A DNA stretch of 63,077 nt, the filler included, from Platydemus manokwari (Eukaryota): the NCBI GenBank assembly GCA_037951405.1. It is 5 parts of 5 records of this genome, joined end to end, with 100 filler letters (N's around TTAATTAATTAA, not from the genome) between each part and the next. Parts side by side here need not be neighbours in the genome. Positions count along the whole stretch, not along the records: positions 39,857 to 54,018 come from JBBMOY011514745.1; 4 more parts are not named here. One strand, 5' to 3'. The notes below the pieces were generated by a model. It worked only from the letters and a program-made list of their open reading frames with translations, ran no database searches and was not told the DNA's origin. Made by a program: the position numbers and the translations under genes. This document shows positions 39,857 through 52,802 of the stretch, one piece after another; within the stretch, counting starts at the first letter, position 1, and each line of letters begins with the position of its first letter.

Positions 39857-40122
39857 GGAACTATTGCTGTCATAGGGGTAAAAGGATTTATTAAGTATAT
39901 AATCTTTTGCGGTGGTTATTTTCGACTAATTTGGACCCTCTCTAAGAGAGGGTCCAAATATATGGGAACTATTGCTGTCATAGGGGTAAAAGGATTTATT
40001 AAGTATATAATCTTTTGCGGTGGTTATTTTCGACTAATTTGGACCCTCTCTTAGAGAGGGTCCAAATATATGGGAACTATTGCTGTCATAGGGGTAAAAG
40101 GATTTATTAAGCATATAATCTT

Positions 40123-40146
<24 letters not shown>
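39857..40146. repeat. 108-bp mitochondrial tandem repeat with hairpin (left contig end)
   Basis: Period 108 (GGAACT at 39857, 39965, 40073). Hairpins at 39929-39959 and 40037-40067. Confidence 0.95.
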
Positions 40147-41647
<1,501 letters not shown>

Positions 41648-41705
41648 TTAAGTTTAGTATTATTACGTTTCATTTACAATGAAAAAAGTCCGAAGGAAAC
41701 TTAAT
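41648..41705 (+). tRNA. trnV: tRNA-Val(TAC)
   Basis: Acceptor TTAAGTT/AACTTAA; loop TTTACAA. Confidence 0.85.
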
Positions 41706-42654
41706 TCTGAGAAGAGATAAGTAACAAAATGTAAATACCTTTTGCATAATGGTTTAACTAATAAATAAGATTTATTTCCTCGAAATTAAAAGATCTATTT
41801 TTTTTTTTTTTTGTAATATAATAGTATTGTTTTAAAAATAATTTAAAAATTTAAGATAGGTGTGAAAGGCTTTTCAATTTTAGTAATATCTAGATAAACT
41901 TTAAATGTATTTAGTACAGAATTATTTTCATTAAAAAAATGTTAAGATTTTTTTATAAAAGAAAGTTATAAGTTAACTAATAAATTTTGAATTATTTTTA
42001 TAATATTTTAAATTATTTAATAAATTTTTTTCTTAAAATTAAAGTTAGAAGTATTTAAATTATTTAAAACTTAAATAATGTTAAAATAAGTATACTACTA
42101 TAATTTATTAATAGGAATTCGGCAAAAATTTTATTCAACTGTTTATCAAAAACATAGTTTTATGGAGTATATAAAATGAATTCTGCCCAGTGAATTTTTA
42201 ACGGCCGCAGTACTTTGACTGTGCTAAGGTAGCATAATAAATTGACTTTTAATTGAGGTCTGGAATCAATGGAATAATGAATAAATTCTGTCTTTTAATA
42301 ATTTTATATAAATTGCTAATAAGGTGAAAAATCCTTTATAATAAAATTAGACGAGAAGACCCTAGGAATTTAAATTATTTTGTTGGGGCGACATTACAGC
42401 AATTAACCTGTAATTTTAAAATTTAAAACAAATTTTATTAATTTTAATTAAATTACCCTAGGGATAACAGCATAATTTAATAATAAGTTTGTGACCTCGA
42501 TGTTGGACTAGGAATAAATAAATATTAATGATATTTGTTTGTGTTCTGTTCGAACAAATTTTCCTACATGATCTGAGTTCAGACCGGCGTAAGCCAGGTC
42601 AGTTTCTATCTTTTAATAATTTATTATTAGTACGAAAGGACCATAATAAATTTT
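41706..42654 (+). rRNA. rrnL: Mitochondrial large subunit rRNA (16S)
   Basis: Conserved blocks CTGTTTATCAAAAACAT, GACGAGAAGACCCTA, ACCTCGATGTTGG and GATCTGAGTTCAGACCGG. Ends set by the flanking tRNAs. Confidence 0.95.
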
Positions 42655-42716
42655 TTTAACTTGGCAGAATATGCAGTTGATTTAGGGTCAAATTATAATA
42701 TTTATATTAGTTTCTT
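42655..42716 (+). tRNA. trnL1: tRNA-Leu(TAG)
   Basis: TGGCAGA D-arm; loop TTTAGGG. Confidence 0.8.
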
Positions 42717-42777
42717 AAATAGTTTATTTAAAACGTTAACTTTGGAAGTTATTAATCGGGAATTCTCGCTTTTGGGT
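42713..42777 (+). tRNA. trnP: tRNA-Pro(TGG)
   Basis: Anticodon arm TAAC-TTTGGAA-GTTA. Confidence 0.8.
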
Positions 42778-42836
42778 TATATACTTTATTTAGAAGAATT
42801 AGTTTGCATCTAATTGGAAGAGTTTTCTTGTGACCA
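42775..42836 (+). tRNA. trnA: tRNA-Ala(TGC)
   Basis: Acceptor GGTTATA/TGTGACC; arm ATTAG-TTTGCAT-CTAAT. Confidence 0.85.
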
Positions 42837-43276
42837 TGATAACTATAGTGATAATACTTTGCAATATGTTTTTATTTATTACTAATCCAATAGGTTTAGG
42901 GATGTTATTATTTTTATTGAGATTTTTTATAGTGTTAACTATAAGAATAATTATTAATACTTGATATGCTTATATATTATTTTTAGTATATATTGGAGGG
43001 TTACTTGTGATATTTATTTATATTTGTATAATTAGTAGAAATTTTAAATTAAATAAAATTGGACTATGGGAAATTATAAGAATATTGTTTTTGGGAATTA
43101 TATCATCACAATATTTAAGTAATCAAAAAATTATAATATATGTTGGAGTAAATATTAATGGGTTAGGGTTACCTATATTTTTATTTTTAAGATTAGTAAT
43201 TTATTTATTAATTTGTTTCTTTGTTATTATTAATATTATTTTAGGAGGTGGGATTAGATTTAAAATTGTATATTAA
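42836..43276 (+). CDS. nad6: NADH dehydrogenase subunit 6
   Basis: ATG start; WYAYMLFLVYIGGLLVMFIY; TAA stop. Confidence 0.9.
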
Positions 43277-43280
43277 TAAT

Positions 43281-44933
43281 ATAATTAATCGATTTACTTT
43301 ATTATTGAGTGTTTTTTGTGTTTCTTATATAGTACTTATATATAATATAATAATAATAAATTGTACAATTTTAATTGAATTAAATATTTTAAATATCTCG
43401 TCAATTAATTTTTTAATTTTGTTGGTTTTTGATAAAATTAGAATAAGTTTTAGATTTGTTGTAACTTTAATTTCATCTTGTGTATTTTCTTTTGCAAGAA
43501 ATTATATAAAAGAGGATATTTATTATAATCGTTTTATTATTATCTTATTAAGATTTGTAATTTCAATAAATATACTTATTTTTTCAGGTTCTATTTTTAT
43601 AATTTTAATTGGGTGGGATGGATTAGGAATTACGTCATTTGCTTTAATTATTTATTATCAAAATAAAGATTCTTTAGGGGCTGGGATATTAACATTGGTA
43701 ATTAATCGGTTAGGGGATGTTGTTATCGTATCTAGAATATTTTTATTGTTAATATTAAGTCAAATAAGTATTTTTCCTCTAAATGTAAATATATATTATT
43801 TAGTTTTAGTATTGTGTGTTGCTAGATTAACTAAAAGTGCTCAATACCCTTTTAGAAGTTGATTACCAGCTGCTATAGCAGCTCCTACGCCTGTGAGGGC
43901 TTTGGTTCATTCTTCAACCTTAGTTACAGCTGGAATTTATTTAATTATTCGATTAAGATTTAATATTCCACTTGATATTAATATTATAAGATTATTATGT
44001 TTTTGTGGTAGAATTACTTGTTTGTTAGGCGGTATAGCAGCAATTTGTGAAATAGATCTTAAAAAAATAATTGCACTATCAACTTTAAGACAATTAGGAG
44101 TAATAATATTTAGATTAGGAATAAACTACCCTTTAATGGCTTTATTTCACTTATATACCCATGCTATATTTAAAGCCTTATTGTTTTTAGTTGCGGGGAT
44201 AGTATTAATAATGACTTTTGGGACTCAGGATTTACGTTTATTAGGCGGAGTTTTATTAAAGTCTCCTATTTTAATTATTTTTCAAAATGTAAGTAGTTTA
44301 TGTTTAATTGGTGCGCCTTTTATAAGTGCTTTTTATTCTAAACATGGAATTTTAGAGTTAATATTAATATCAAATTTAAATATAATTTCTGTTCTAATCA
44401 TGTTTGTAGCTACATTTTGTACTGCTGTGTATGTGTTTCGTAGGCTTAAAGTTTTATGTTGAGGATATATTAAAATTAATTTAAATATAAGGTATATTAA
44501 TTTAGGTAATTATATACCTTTATTTATATTAATAATATTAGGAATTATAAGTGGTAAAATGTTCTTAATAATTAATGATTCAGTTATTATAAGATTTTAC
44601 ATCCCATCTATTATAAGAAGAATTATTAACTTAGTAAGTATTATTGGATTAAGGTTAGGAATAATTATAGCAAAAACGTTAAAAACTGAAAAGTTAAGAA
44701 CTTTGTTTTATTTAACTCCAATATGGAATGGATTAGTAAAGCCGTATTCAAATGTTTCTAAGTATATAAATTCTTTAGATTATGGGTGATTAGAACCAAA
44801 CTCTTTATTATATCCTAATTTTTATAAATTAATTATTAATATCTATAATTTAACATTATGGCCAAGTTTTAATATATATATATATATTCGTGGGACCTTA
44901 TTAATCTTAATTTTATGTTTTTTATTTTATTAA
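43281..44933 (+). CDS. nad5: NADH dehydrogenase subunit 5 (start 43281 or 43266)
   Basis: GWDGLG and [35 protein letters not shown]; TAA at 44931-44933. Confidence 0.95.
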
Positions 44934-45817
44934 ATATTATTACTTGCTTATGTGTATTATTATCAGTTGCATACTATACTTTATTAGAGCGGAAAATTTT
45001 AGGATATATTCAAATTCGTAAAGGACCAAATAAGGTTGGATTATTTGGATTATTCCAGCCATTAGCCGATGCATTAAAATTATTTGTTAAAGAAAAAATT
45101 TTGTTAATTGAAAGTAATATATTAATATTTTATTTGATTCCAATGTTTGGTTTTTTCTTAAGGTTAATAATTTGATATATTTATCCTAGATTTAATGCTG
45201 TTAAATTTATTATTTATAGATTACTTTTATTTTTTTGCATTTCTTCTTTAAATGTTTATATCACTATAATGGCTGGATGAGCATCAAATTCTAAATATGC
45301 ATTTTTAGGGGCTATTCGTGCTGCAGCTCAAACGATTTCTTATGAAGTAATAATAATTTTAATTATAATTTTTCCTGCTGTTATTATTTTAAGTTTGTGC
45401 TGACAAGATGCTTTAAATTTATTTTGTTATTTTATATTAATAATTCCTTTATTTTTAGTATGATTTACTAGAATTTTAGCTGAAACTAATCGTGCTCCAT
45501 TTGATTTTGCTGAGGGGGAATCAGAATTAGTTTCTGGGTTTAATATTGAATATCAAGGAGGTTTATTTGCTTTATTATTTTTAGGTGAGTACATAAGAAT
45601 TTTATTTATATCTATAACAAGGATTGTTTGATTTATAGGTGTATATAATTCTTTGTTTTATATTACATTTATTTTGATTATAAGATTAGTATTTTTATTT
45701 TGTCGTGCAGCTTTTCCTCGTTATCGTTATGACTTGTTAATAATATTGTGTTGAAAAAGATTTTTACCATTTTCTTTAGGGGTATTAATAATTTCAAGAG
45801 TTAGTATAATATGATAA
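44915..45817 (+). CDS. nad1: NADH dehydrogenase subunit 1
   Basis: [18 protein letters not shown] and [22 protein letters not shown]. Confidence 0.95.
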
Positions 45818-46113
45818 TTAATATATTAGTTTTATTATTATTGATTTTAATTTTATCTTTTATTTTTAATGCAAATCATATTATTAGATTATTATTAATT
45901 TTAGAGTCAATAATATTATTATTATTGGTTTATCTATTATTAATTTTAATTGAGGTTAATAGTAATCCTTATATATTTATTATAACATTAACATTAAGTG
46001 CATGTGAAGCTGCTCTAGGATTATCTATTTTAATTACAATAATGCGATATTATGGAAATGATTTTATTAGTTCAATTAGAAGATTAAGATGATTTGCAAA
46101 AATTACCTATTAA
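45811..46113 (+). CDS. nad4L: NADH dehydrogenase subunit 4L
   Basis: LSACEAALGLSIL...RYYGND; reads through TGA (Trp) to TAA. Confidence 0.92.
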
Positions 46114-47198
46114 AGAGTTAAGTGATTTACCTACACCTGTTAATATTTCAATTATTTGAAATAGAGGATCCATTTTAGGATTTATATTGGTTGTTCAATT
46201 AATTACTGGAATTTTTTTATCAATACACTATACTGCTGATTTAGTATTAACATTTAACTCTGTGGTTCATATTATACGGGACGTACCTGGAGGTTGATTA
46301 TTTCGTTTGATTCATGCTAATGGAGCTTCTTTCTTTTTTATTTTTTTATATATACATATAGGTCGTGGCATTTATTATCAAAGTTTTAATACTCAATCAC
46401 GTACTTGAATAGTAGGGTCAACTATTTTTTTATTATGTATAGCAACAGCATTTATAGGGTATGTTCTTCCTTGAGGCCAAATGTCGTTTTGAGGTGCAAC
46501 TGTTATTACTAATTTACTATCTGCAATTCCTTATTTTGGAAGTATGTTAGTGGAGTGAGTTTGAGGGGGATTTTCTGTTGGACAATCAACTTTAAACCGG
46601 TTTTTCTCAATTCATTTTATTCTTCCATTTTTAATTAGGGTAATAGCATTATTACATTTAGTGTTTTTACATGATAAAGGTTCAACAAATCCTTTAGGAG
46701 ATGTTAATCATATTAACAAAGTTCATTTTCATCCTTACTTTACTTGAAAAGATATTGTTGGGGTTTTAGTTGTATTATTTATACTATCAATTGTAGTATT
46801 TTTTTTTCCTACATTATTAAGTGACCCAGAAAATTATTTAATAGCAAACCCTATAGTAACTCCTGTGCATATTCAACCAGAATGATATTTTTTATTTGCT
46901 TATGCTATTTTACGTTCTATTCCTTCTAAGTTGGGGGGGGTAGTAGCTTTAGCCTTATCAGTATTTATTTTATATATTTTACCCTTAGGAAATTTTAAAT
47001 GAAATATTCCTTCAAGATTTAACATTTTTTTTCAAATTTTATTTTGAGTGTTAATTATTAACTTTATTTTATTAACATGATTAGGTGCTTGCCCAATTGA
47101 AGAACCTTATTTTTCTTTATCCCAACCATTAACATTACTATATTTTGTGGTTTTTTTAATATTAATTATTCAACCTTGAGTTATTAATAAATTTATAT
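46094..47198 (+). CDS. cob: Cytochrome b
   Basis: [33 protein letters not shown] and HIQPEWYFLFAY; incomplete stop T; TTG start inferred. Confidence 0.96.
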
Positions 47199-47259
47199 TT
47201 TTATTTAATTTATTAAAATATTTATTTGTCAAGTAAAAAATACCGTCAGGTAATTTTTA
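47199..47259 (+). tRNA. trnD: tRNA-Asp(GTC)
   Basis: Arm TTTAT-TTGTCAA-GTAAA. Confidence 0.78.
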
Positions 47260-47314
47260 GGTAATTTATTTAAAATAGTAAATTGCAAATTTAAAAAAGA
47301 TTCATCCCTTGATT
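47255..47314 (+). tRNA. trnC: tRNA-Cys(GCA)
   Basis: Arm TAAA-TTGCAAA-TTTA. Confidence 0.75.
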
Positions 47315-47374
47315 TATAGCTTAATTTAAAGCAAAGTCCTGAAGAGACTTATATAGGATTAATCCTTTTATCAG
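47310..47374 (+). tRNA. trnF: tRNA-Phe(GAA)
   Basis: TAGCTTAA D-arm; AAGTC-CTGAAGA-GACTT. Confidence 0.85.
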
Positions 47375-47375
47375 T

Positions 47376-48036
47376 ATGAGCTTATGAGGACAATTAAATT
47401 TATTAGACCCTTCATCTCCTATTCAATCAGAAATAATGTTATTTCATGATCATGCAATAATTCTATTAATTGGTATTTTTACAGTTGTTGGATTAATTGG
47501 AATAAAGTTTTCAATTAATAAATATTCTACTCGATTGGTACATGAAGCACAAACTTTAGAAATTATTTGAACTATCATTCCTGCTATTTTGTTATTATGA
47601 CTAGCACTACCTAGTTTACGACTTTTATATCTTTTAGACGAACAAAGAAATAACGGAATTATTTTAAAAGCAACAGGTCACCAATGATATTGAAGTTATG
47701 AATCGCCTACAAATAATATTAATAGTTTTGATTCATATATAATTCAAACTCCTGATTTAAAATTGGGGGATTTTCGTTTATTGGAAGTTGATAATCGACC
47801 TATAGTACCATTAGGGCTAGCTACTTCTGTAATTACAACATCTTCAGATGTTATTCATGCGTGAACTTTACCATCAATGGGAGTAAAAATGGATGCGGTT
47901 CCTGGGCGTTTAAATTCAATGGGTATATTTCCTCAGGTACCAGGTGTATATTATGGACAATGTTCTGAAATTTGTGGGGCTAATCATTCATTTATACCTA
48001 TTGCATTAGATGTAGTTAATTTAACGGATTTCATTT
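47376..48036 (+). CDS. cox2: Cytochrome c oxidase subunit II
   Basis: MSLWGQ start, GHQWYWSYE and [15 protein letters not shown]; incomplete stop T. Confidence 0.97.
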
Positions 48037-48097
48037 TTTTTGATGGCTGATGATAGGCGAAAAATTGTAAATTTTTTAATAGATTTTCTTCAAATTT
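48037..48097 (+). tRNA. trnY: tRNA-Tyr(GTA)
   Basis: TGGCTGA D-arm; loop TTGTAAA. Confidence 0.8.
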
Positions 48098-48153
48098 ATA
48101 AGTTAAGTAAACTAAAGGTCTTCAAAACCTTAAATAAAATTTTTTTAAATTTG
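48092..48153 (+). tRNA. trnW: tRNA-Trp(TCA)
   Basis: Acceptor AAATTTA/TAAATTT; AAGGT-CTTCAAA-ACCTT. Confidence 0.85.
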
Positions 48154-48214
48154 ATAAGTTAAGTTAAAAAAACTAAAAGTTTGTGGAACTTTAAATAATA
48201 TAGATTACTTATCT
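48153..48214 (+). tRNA. trnH: tRNA-His(GTG)
   Basis: Acceptor GATAAGT/ACTTATC; AAAGT-TTGTGGA-ACTTT. Confidence 0.87.
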
Positions 48215-48217
48215 TTT

Positions 48218-48279
48218 ATTTATTTAGTATAATTATTATAGTTACCTTCCAAGTAAAAGATTTCATTTGAAAATAAATA
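48218..48279 (+). tRNA. trnG: tRNA-Gly(TCC)
   Basis: Acceptor ATTTATT/AATAAAT; TTAC-CTTCCAA-GTAA. Confidence 0.85.
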
Positions 48280-48338
48280 TTTAGAAAAAATATTTTTCTT
48301 AGAAACTCAAATTTTCTCGTGCTTAACACCATCTAAAT
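48278..48338 (-). tRNA. trnQ: tRNA-Gln(TTG)
   Basis: Minus strand AGAAA-ATTTGAG-TTTCT; TGGTGT D-arm. Confidence 0.8.
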
Positions 48339-48395
48339 CAAAAGATTATCTTATTTAAAGCTCTTAAAACTTATGCATTTATCTGCCATTGAAAA
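48334..48395 (-). tRNA. trnL2: tRNA-Leu(TAA)
   Basis: Minus strand TGGCAGA D-arm; loop TTTAAGA. Confidence 0.8.
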
Positions 48396-48543
48396 AAAAA
48401 ATAAGTTTATGTTTACGACCTTTTATTAATTGGTTATATTTAATTGGATTATTAGGTGTATAAAAAATTAGAAAAATTACAAATAGTAATGATAAAGCAG
48501 TTAATAAAATTAAAAATCCTGATGAGGGGCTTAATTGAGGCAC
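48396..48543 (-). CDS. atp8: ATP synthase F0 subunit 8
   Basis: GTG start, MPQLSPSSG; 49 codons plus incomplete stop T. Confidence 0.88.
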
Positions 48544-48603
48544 CTTAAAAATATGAATATTTTTTAATTAACAGTTAAATGTTTTATTTTAAACTATTTT
48601 AAG
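48544..48603 (-). tRNA. trnN: tRNA-Asn(GTT)
   Basis: Minus strand TTAA-CTGTTAA-TTAA. Confidence 0.82.
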
Positions 48604-49246
48604 ACGGATGTTCAGTGGCATATAACCTAATTAATAATGTAAAAATATAAGCTTGAATAAATCTTACAAAAAATTCAAATAAAACATAACCTACAACTAA
48701 AAATAATACTATAATTTGAGGTAAAAAATTTATTGTTGTTAATAAGTTTGCTATTAAAGCTAATACAATGTGGCCTGCACTAATATTTGCTACAAGTCGT
48801 ACTGTTAAAGTTAAAGGACGAATAATAATTCTAATAGATTCAATTAAAATTAAAAAAGGTATTAATATTATAGGTGCTCCTGTAGGAGCAAGATGAGCAA
48901 TAGATTTTTTTGTTGATTTAATTCATCCTGAGGATAGTAATGTTAATCATATAATTATTGCTAAGGATCTATTAAATCAAAGGCTGGAAGTTACCCCAAA
49001 TGAATAAGGTGATAATCCGATTAAATTATTTAAAATTATAAAATATATAAGTGAAGATAATGCAAAGATTTTTAAAGGTCCATAAGGTGTCTTACCTCAC
49101 AATGAATTGATATTATTATTAATATAAATTATAAAATAATTTATTCAAGTTGAGTTTACTAATAATAAAAATAATAAAATAATTGAAATTCCTCATGATC
49201 ATAAAGATTGTATTCCATCTATTGAGCTAAATAAATCAGTTATCAT
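48604..49246 (-). CDS. atp6: ATP synthase F0 subunit 6
   Basis: MMTDLFSSMDG start; RPLTLTVRLVANISAGH; incomplete stop T. Confidence 0.95.
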
Positions 49247-49307
49247 AAAAGGAAAAAGTAAAATTTAAAGATTAAGGCCGAAACTTAATTGGATAATCCA
49301 TCCTTTT
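49247..49307 (-). tRNA. trnR: tRNA-Arg(TCG)
   Basis: Minus strand TTAAG-TTTCGGC-CTTAA. Confidence 0.78.
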
Positions 49308-49308
49308 T

Positions 49309-49370
49309 ATTTTAAAAGAATTTCTTAATTTTATCTTGAAAAGATAATGTAATACATTTACTATTAAAAC
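49309..49370 (-). tRNA. trnE: tRNA-Glu(TTC)
   Basis: Minus strand TTATC-TTTTCAA-GATAA. Confidence 0.78.
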
Positions 49371-50032
49371 AAAAGAAACAGCTTCAGCTACTTCTACTAT
49401 GTTACGACTTATCTCCTTTAAAAGGAGAGTGACGGGCGATTTGTGCACTAAATTTTTATTATTCATAATAAATTATTAATTAAAATTACTTTTAAGTCCA
49501 GCTTAAATAGTTTTTAATAAGTAAAAAAGAAAATTTTTAATATTGTAACTCGCTGAGTTCTAATTTATTAACTGCACCATGATCTGTTTTTAAAACTTTT
49601 TTAATAAAAGTTTTAAACGATGGTATACAAGTTTTAAAAATTAGATTAATTTGTTTGGTGGCTATCAAATTAAAAAGTAAGTTCCCCTAAAGGTAAATTT
49701 AGCCGCCACATTTTTTAAGTTTTGATTTTTTAATTATAGTACTTTTTAATTTGATTTATATTTATAATAGTAGGGTATCTAATCCTAGTTTTAAAATAAA
49801 TTTCTTTTAATAATAAGTTTATTTAAAATTTTTCTATTTTACTTGAAAAAATTTTTGAAAAATTATTTAATTAAAATATTTAATATTTGGTAGTAGTATG
49901 ACCGCGGCTGCTGGCACTAAATTTGCCACCATTATAGCTTTAGTAATATTTCTACTATATAAAAAATTATTAGCTGACTAACCATTGAGGTCATTTCTCG
50001 CAGAGTATCATAATTCCATTAAAATGAAGTGG
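49371..50032 (-). rRNA. rrnS: Mitochondrial small subunit rRNA (12S)
   Basis: Minus strand GTGCCAGCAGCCGCGGT, AGGATTAGATACCCT, CAAATCGCCCGTCAC and AAGTCGTAACATAGTA. Confidence 0.95.
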
Positions 50033-50093
50033 TCTTTTGAGGTAATACCATGTTTGGGTTATGAGCCCAATAGCTTAAATAGCTTATCAAAAG
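50033..50093 (-). tRNA. trnM: tRNA-Met(CAT)
   Basis: Minus strand TTGGG-CTCATAA-CCCAA. Confidence 0.9.
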
Positions 50094-50439
50094 ATATTGA
50101 CATTCAATCTAAAGCACCTTGATACCATTCATAAAATAAGCCTAGTATTAGGATTAATATAAAAAATAAAAAAAATGTTATAGTTTTAATATTAATAAAG
50201 TTGAAAATTATTCTTAGGAGTGGAAATAGTAAAGAAACCTCAATATCAAAAATTAAAAATAATACTACTAATACAAAAAAACGAGTAGAAAATGGGGAAC
50301 GCATATTTCTTAAAGGATCAAATCCACATTCAAAGGGAGAATTTTTTTCAGAGCAGTATGTGGTAGGTCAAGAAGTATAATTATATATAATTAATAAAAT
50401 TATAGAAATTAATATTACTATTATAGAATTATATAGCAT
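50094..50439 (-). CDS. nad3: NADH dehydrogenase subunit 3
   Basis: ATG start; SPFECGFDP, FLIFDIE and EWYQGALDW; incomplete stop T. Confidence 0.95.
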
Positions 50440-50494
50440 TTTAAACGTACTATATAGTACATTAAGGATTTTCAAAATCCCTTTAAGTTTAAAA
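50440..50494 (-). tRNA. trnS2: tRNA-Ser(TGA), D-arm reduced
   Basis: Minus strand GGAT-TTTGAAA-ATCC. Confidence 0.72.
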
Positions 50495-50539
50495 TTGAAG
50501 CTGCTAACTTTGATTTGGGGAATACTCCACTTAAATTTG
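50485..50539 (+). tRNA. trnS1: tRNA-Ser(GCT), D-armless
   Basis: GAAG-CTGCTAA-CTTT. Confidence 0.75.
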
Positions 50540-50545
50540 AGATTA

Positions 50546-51847
50546 TTGTTTATATTAATATGTTCTTGTATTAATAACAATTGAAGAATTTCAATTATTA
50601 CATTATTATTGAGATTAATAATTAGGTTAATGAATTTAAATCAAAGGTTTTTTTATGGAGATATAATATTTATATTAAGAGAAAATTTATCAAGATTAAT
50701 AGTTTTTTTAAGCATTTTTTTATGTTTGATTTCACTAATTTCTACTTCAAGTAATAAAATATATACATATATTTTTATAATTATAGTATTAAGACTAATT
50801 TTAACTATAGCATTTTTAATAAATAATATTATACTATTTTATATTTTTTTTGAAATTTCTTTAATTCCTACATTAGCATTAATTATTGGTTGAGGCTATC
50901 AACCAGAACGTTTACAAGCAGGATCATATATAATATTATATACTGTAGGAGCATCCTTACCTTTATTAATATTTTTATTAAATATTAGATATATTACTGG
51001 TAGTTTTAATTTGTATTTAATTCAAACTATTAACTTAAATATTAATATGTTTTGATGGTTATTGGCAATAATTACTGCATTTTTAGTAAAGTTACCTATA
51101 TATATATATCATTTGTGGTTGCCTAAAGCTCATGTCGAAGCTCCATTAGCAGGTTCAATGATTTTAGCTGGTATTTTATTAAAATTGGGAGGTTATGGAT
51201 TATATATTATATTTAATTCATTTGATGTTATTAATATAAAATATGAGTTTTTATTTATTAGAATGTTGAGTTTATGAGGAGGATTATTAGCATCTTTTAT
51301 ATGTTTACGTCAAACTGATTTGAAAGCATTTGTAGCATATTCATCAGTTGCTCATATAAGCTTAATTGTTGTAGGGGTAATTATAAATACTATTTGAGGG
51401 TTAATTAGAGTTAAAATTATTTTATTTGCACATGGATTTACTTCGCCTTGTTTATTTTTATTGGCTTATATTAGATATATAAAATCGGGGAGACGAAGAT
51501 TATTATATAGTAGAGGCTTATTAAATACCTATCCTTTAATTACTTTATTTTGATTTATTTTATTGAGAGTAAATATAGCAGCTCCTCCTAGACTTAATTT
51601 AATAGGTGAATTATTTATTATACCTATATTATGAATAATTAGGGGTATAAGAGTATTTGTAATAATATTATTAATATTATTTAGGGCTATTTATAATATA
51701 TATTTATATACAAGCATTAATCATGGAGGATTTAATAAGTATAATTTGTCAAAAGTTCAAATAAAATCTTCAGAGCTAGTAAGTATTATTATCCACTTAA
51801 TTCCATTACTATTAATTTTAAAAGCACAAATTTTTATAATTTCATAA
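50546..51847 (+). CDS. nad4: NADH dehydrogenase subunit 4 (start approximate)
   Basis: [11 protein letters not shown] and [30 protein letters not shown]; TAA at 51845-51847. Confidence 0.95.
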
Positions 51848-51858
51848 GAATTCTTATG

Positions 51859-51919
51859 ATTCTAAAAGAAAAATCTTATTTTGGTTTACAAAACCAATGT
51901 TTTAATAAACTAGTTAGAA
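51859..51919 (-). tRNA. trnT: tRNA-Thr(TGT)
   Basis: Minus strand TTGGT-TTTGTAA-ACCAA. Confidence 0.85.
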
Positions 51920-52697
51920 ATGAACCTCATCAATAAATTCTAATATATAAAAATAATCAAACCACATCAACAAAATGTCAATATCATGCAGCTGCTAAAA
52001 ATCCAACATGATGAGTACTTCTAAAATGAAATTTATATAATCGTAATAAACAAATAGTTAAAAATGTTGCTCCTACAGCTACGTGAAGCCCATGAAATCC
52101 TGTTGCTATAAAGAAAGTGCTTCCATATACACAATCTGCAATCGAAAATGCGGTTTCTGTGTACTCTCCATATTGTAAAAATAAAAAATAAAATCCTAAT
52201 AAAACAGTAATTAACAATCCTTGAATAGCTGAATTATATTTTTTTTCTTCAATACTGTGATGAGCTCAAGTTACTGTTACTCCAGATAGTAATAACACAG
52301 CCGTATTTAATAAGGGTACTTGAAAAGCTTTTAAAGTAAAGATACCAATTGGAGGTCAAACGGCCCCTAACTCAATTGTAGGGGATAATCTTCTATGAAA
52401 ATAGGCTCAAAAGAAAGCAAAAAAAAAACAAATTTCAGAAACAATAAATAGTATTACACCAATTTTTAAACCTTTAATAACATAAGAATTATGAAAGCCT
52501 TGATATGTTGATTCTCGAGTAATGTCACGTCATCATGTGTAAGCAATAATTATTGTAGTTAATAAACCAAAAACTAAAAGAATAGATGAGTTTTGACGAA
52601 TAAATAAAATTAAACCAATAGGTATGCATATAATTCCAATTGAGCCTAGAATAGGTCAAGGACTAAATTCAACTAAATGAAATGGTGATTTTGTCAT
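51920..52697 (-). CDS. cox3: Cytochrome c oxidase subunit III
   Basis: [24 protein letters not shown] and WYWHFVDVVW; incomplete stop T. Confidence 0.97.
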
Positions 52698-52738
52698 TTT
52701 TAGAAAAATTTTTTAATTTAAATTTTATATAAAATATT
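52698..52738. promoter_or_regulatory. Short AT-rich non-coding region between divergent cox3 and trnI (putative origin/promoter)
   Basis: ~41 bp with one G and an ATTTTATATAAAAT palindrome. This is the position usually proposed as the control region in pulmonates. Confidence 0.5.
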
Positions 52739-52802
52739 AAAGCAGCCGCCGGAGGTACGGGTATCATTGATGTTGATAAATTCAAAATTTTTTTGCTGCT
52801 TT
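52739..52802 (+). tRNA. trnI: tRNA-Ile(GAT)
   Basis: Acceptor AAAGCAG/CTGCTTT; TATCA-TTGATGT-TGATA. Confidence 0.87.
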
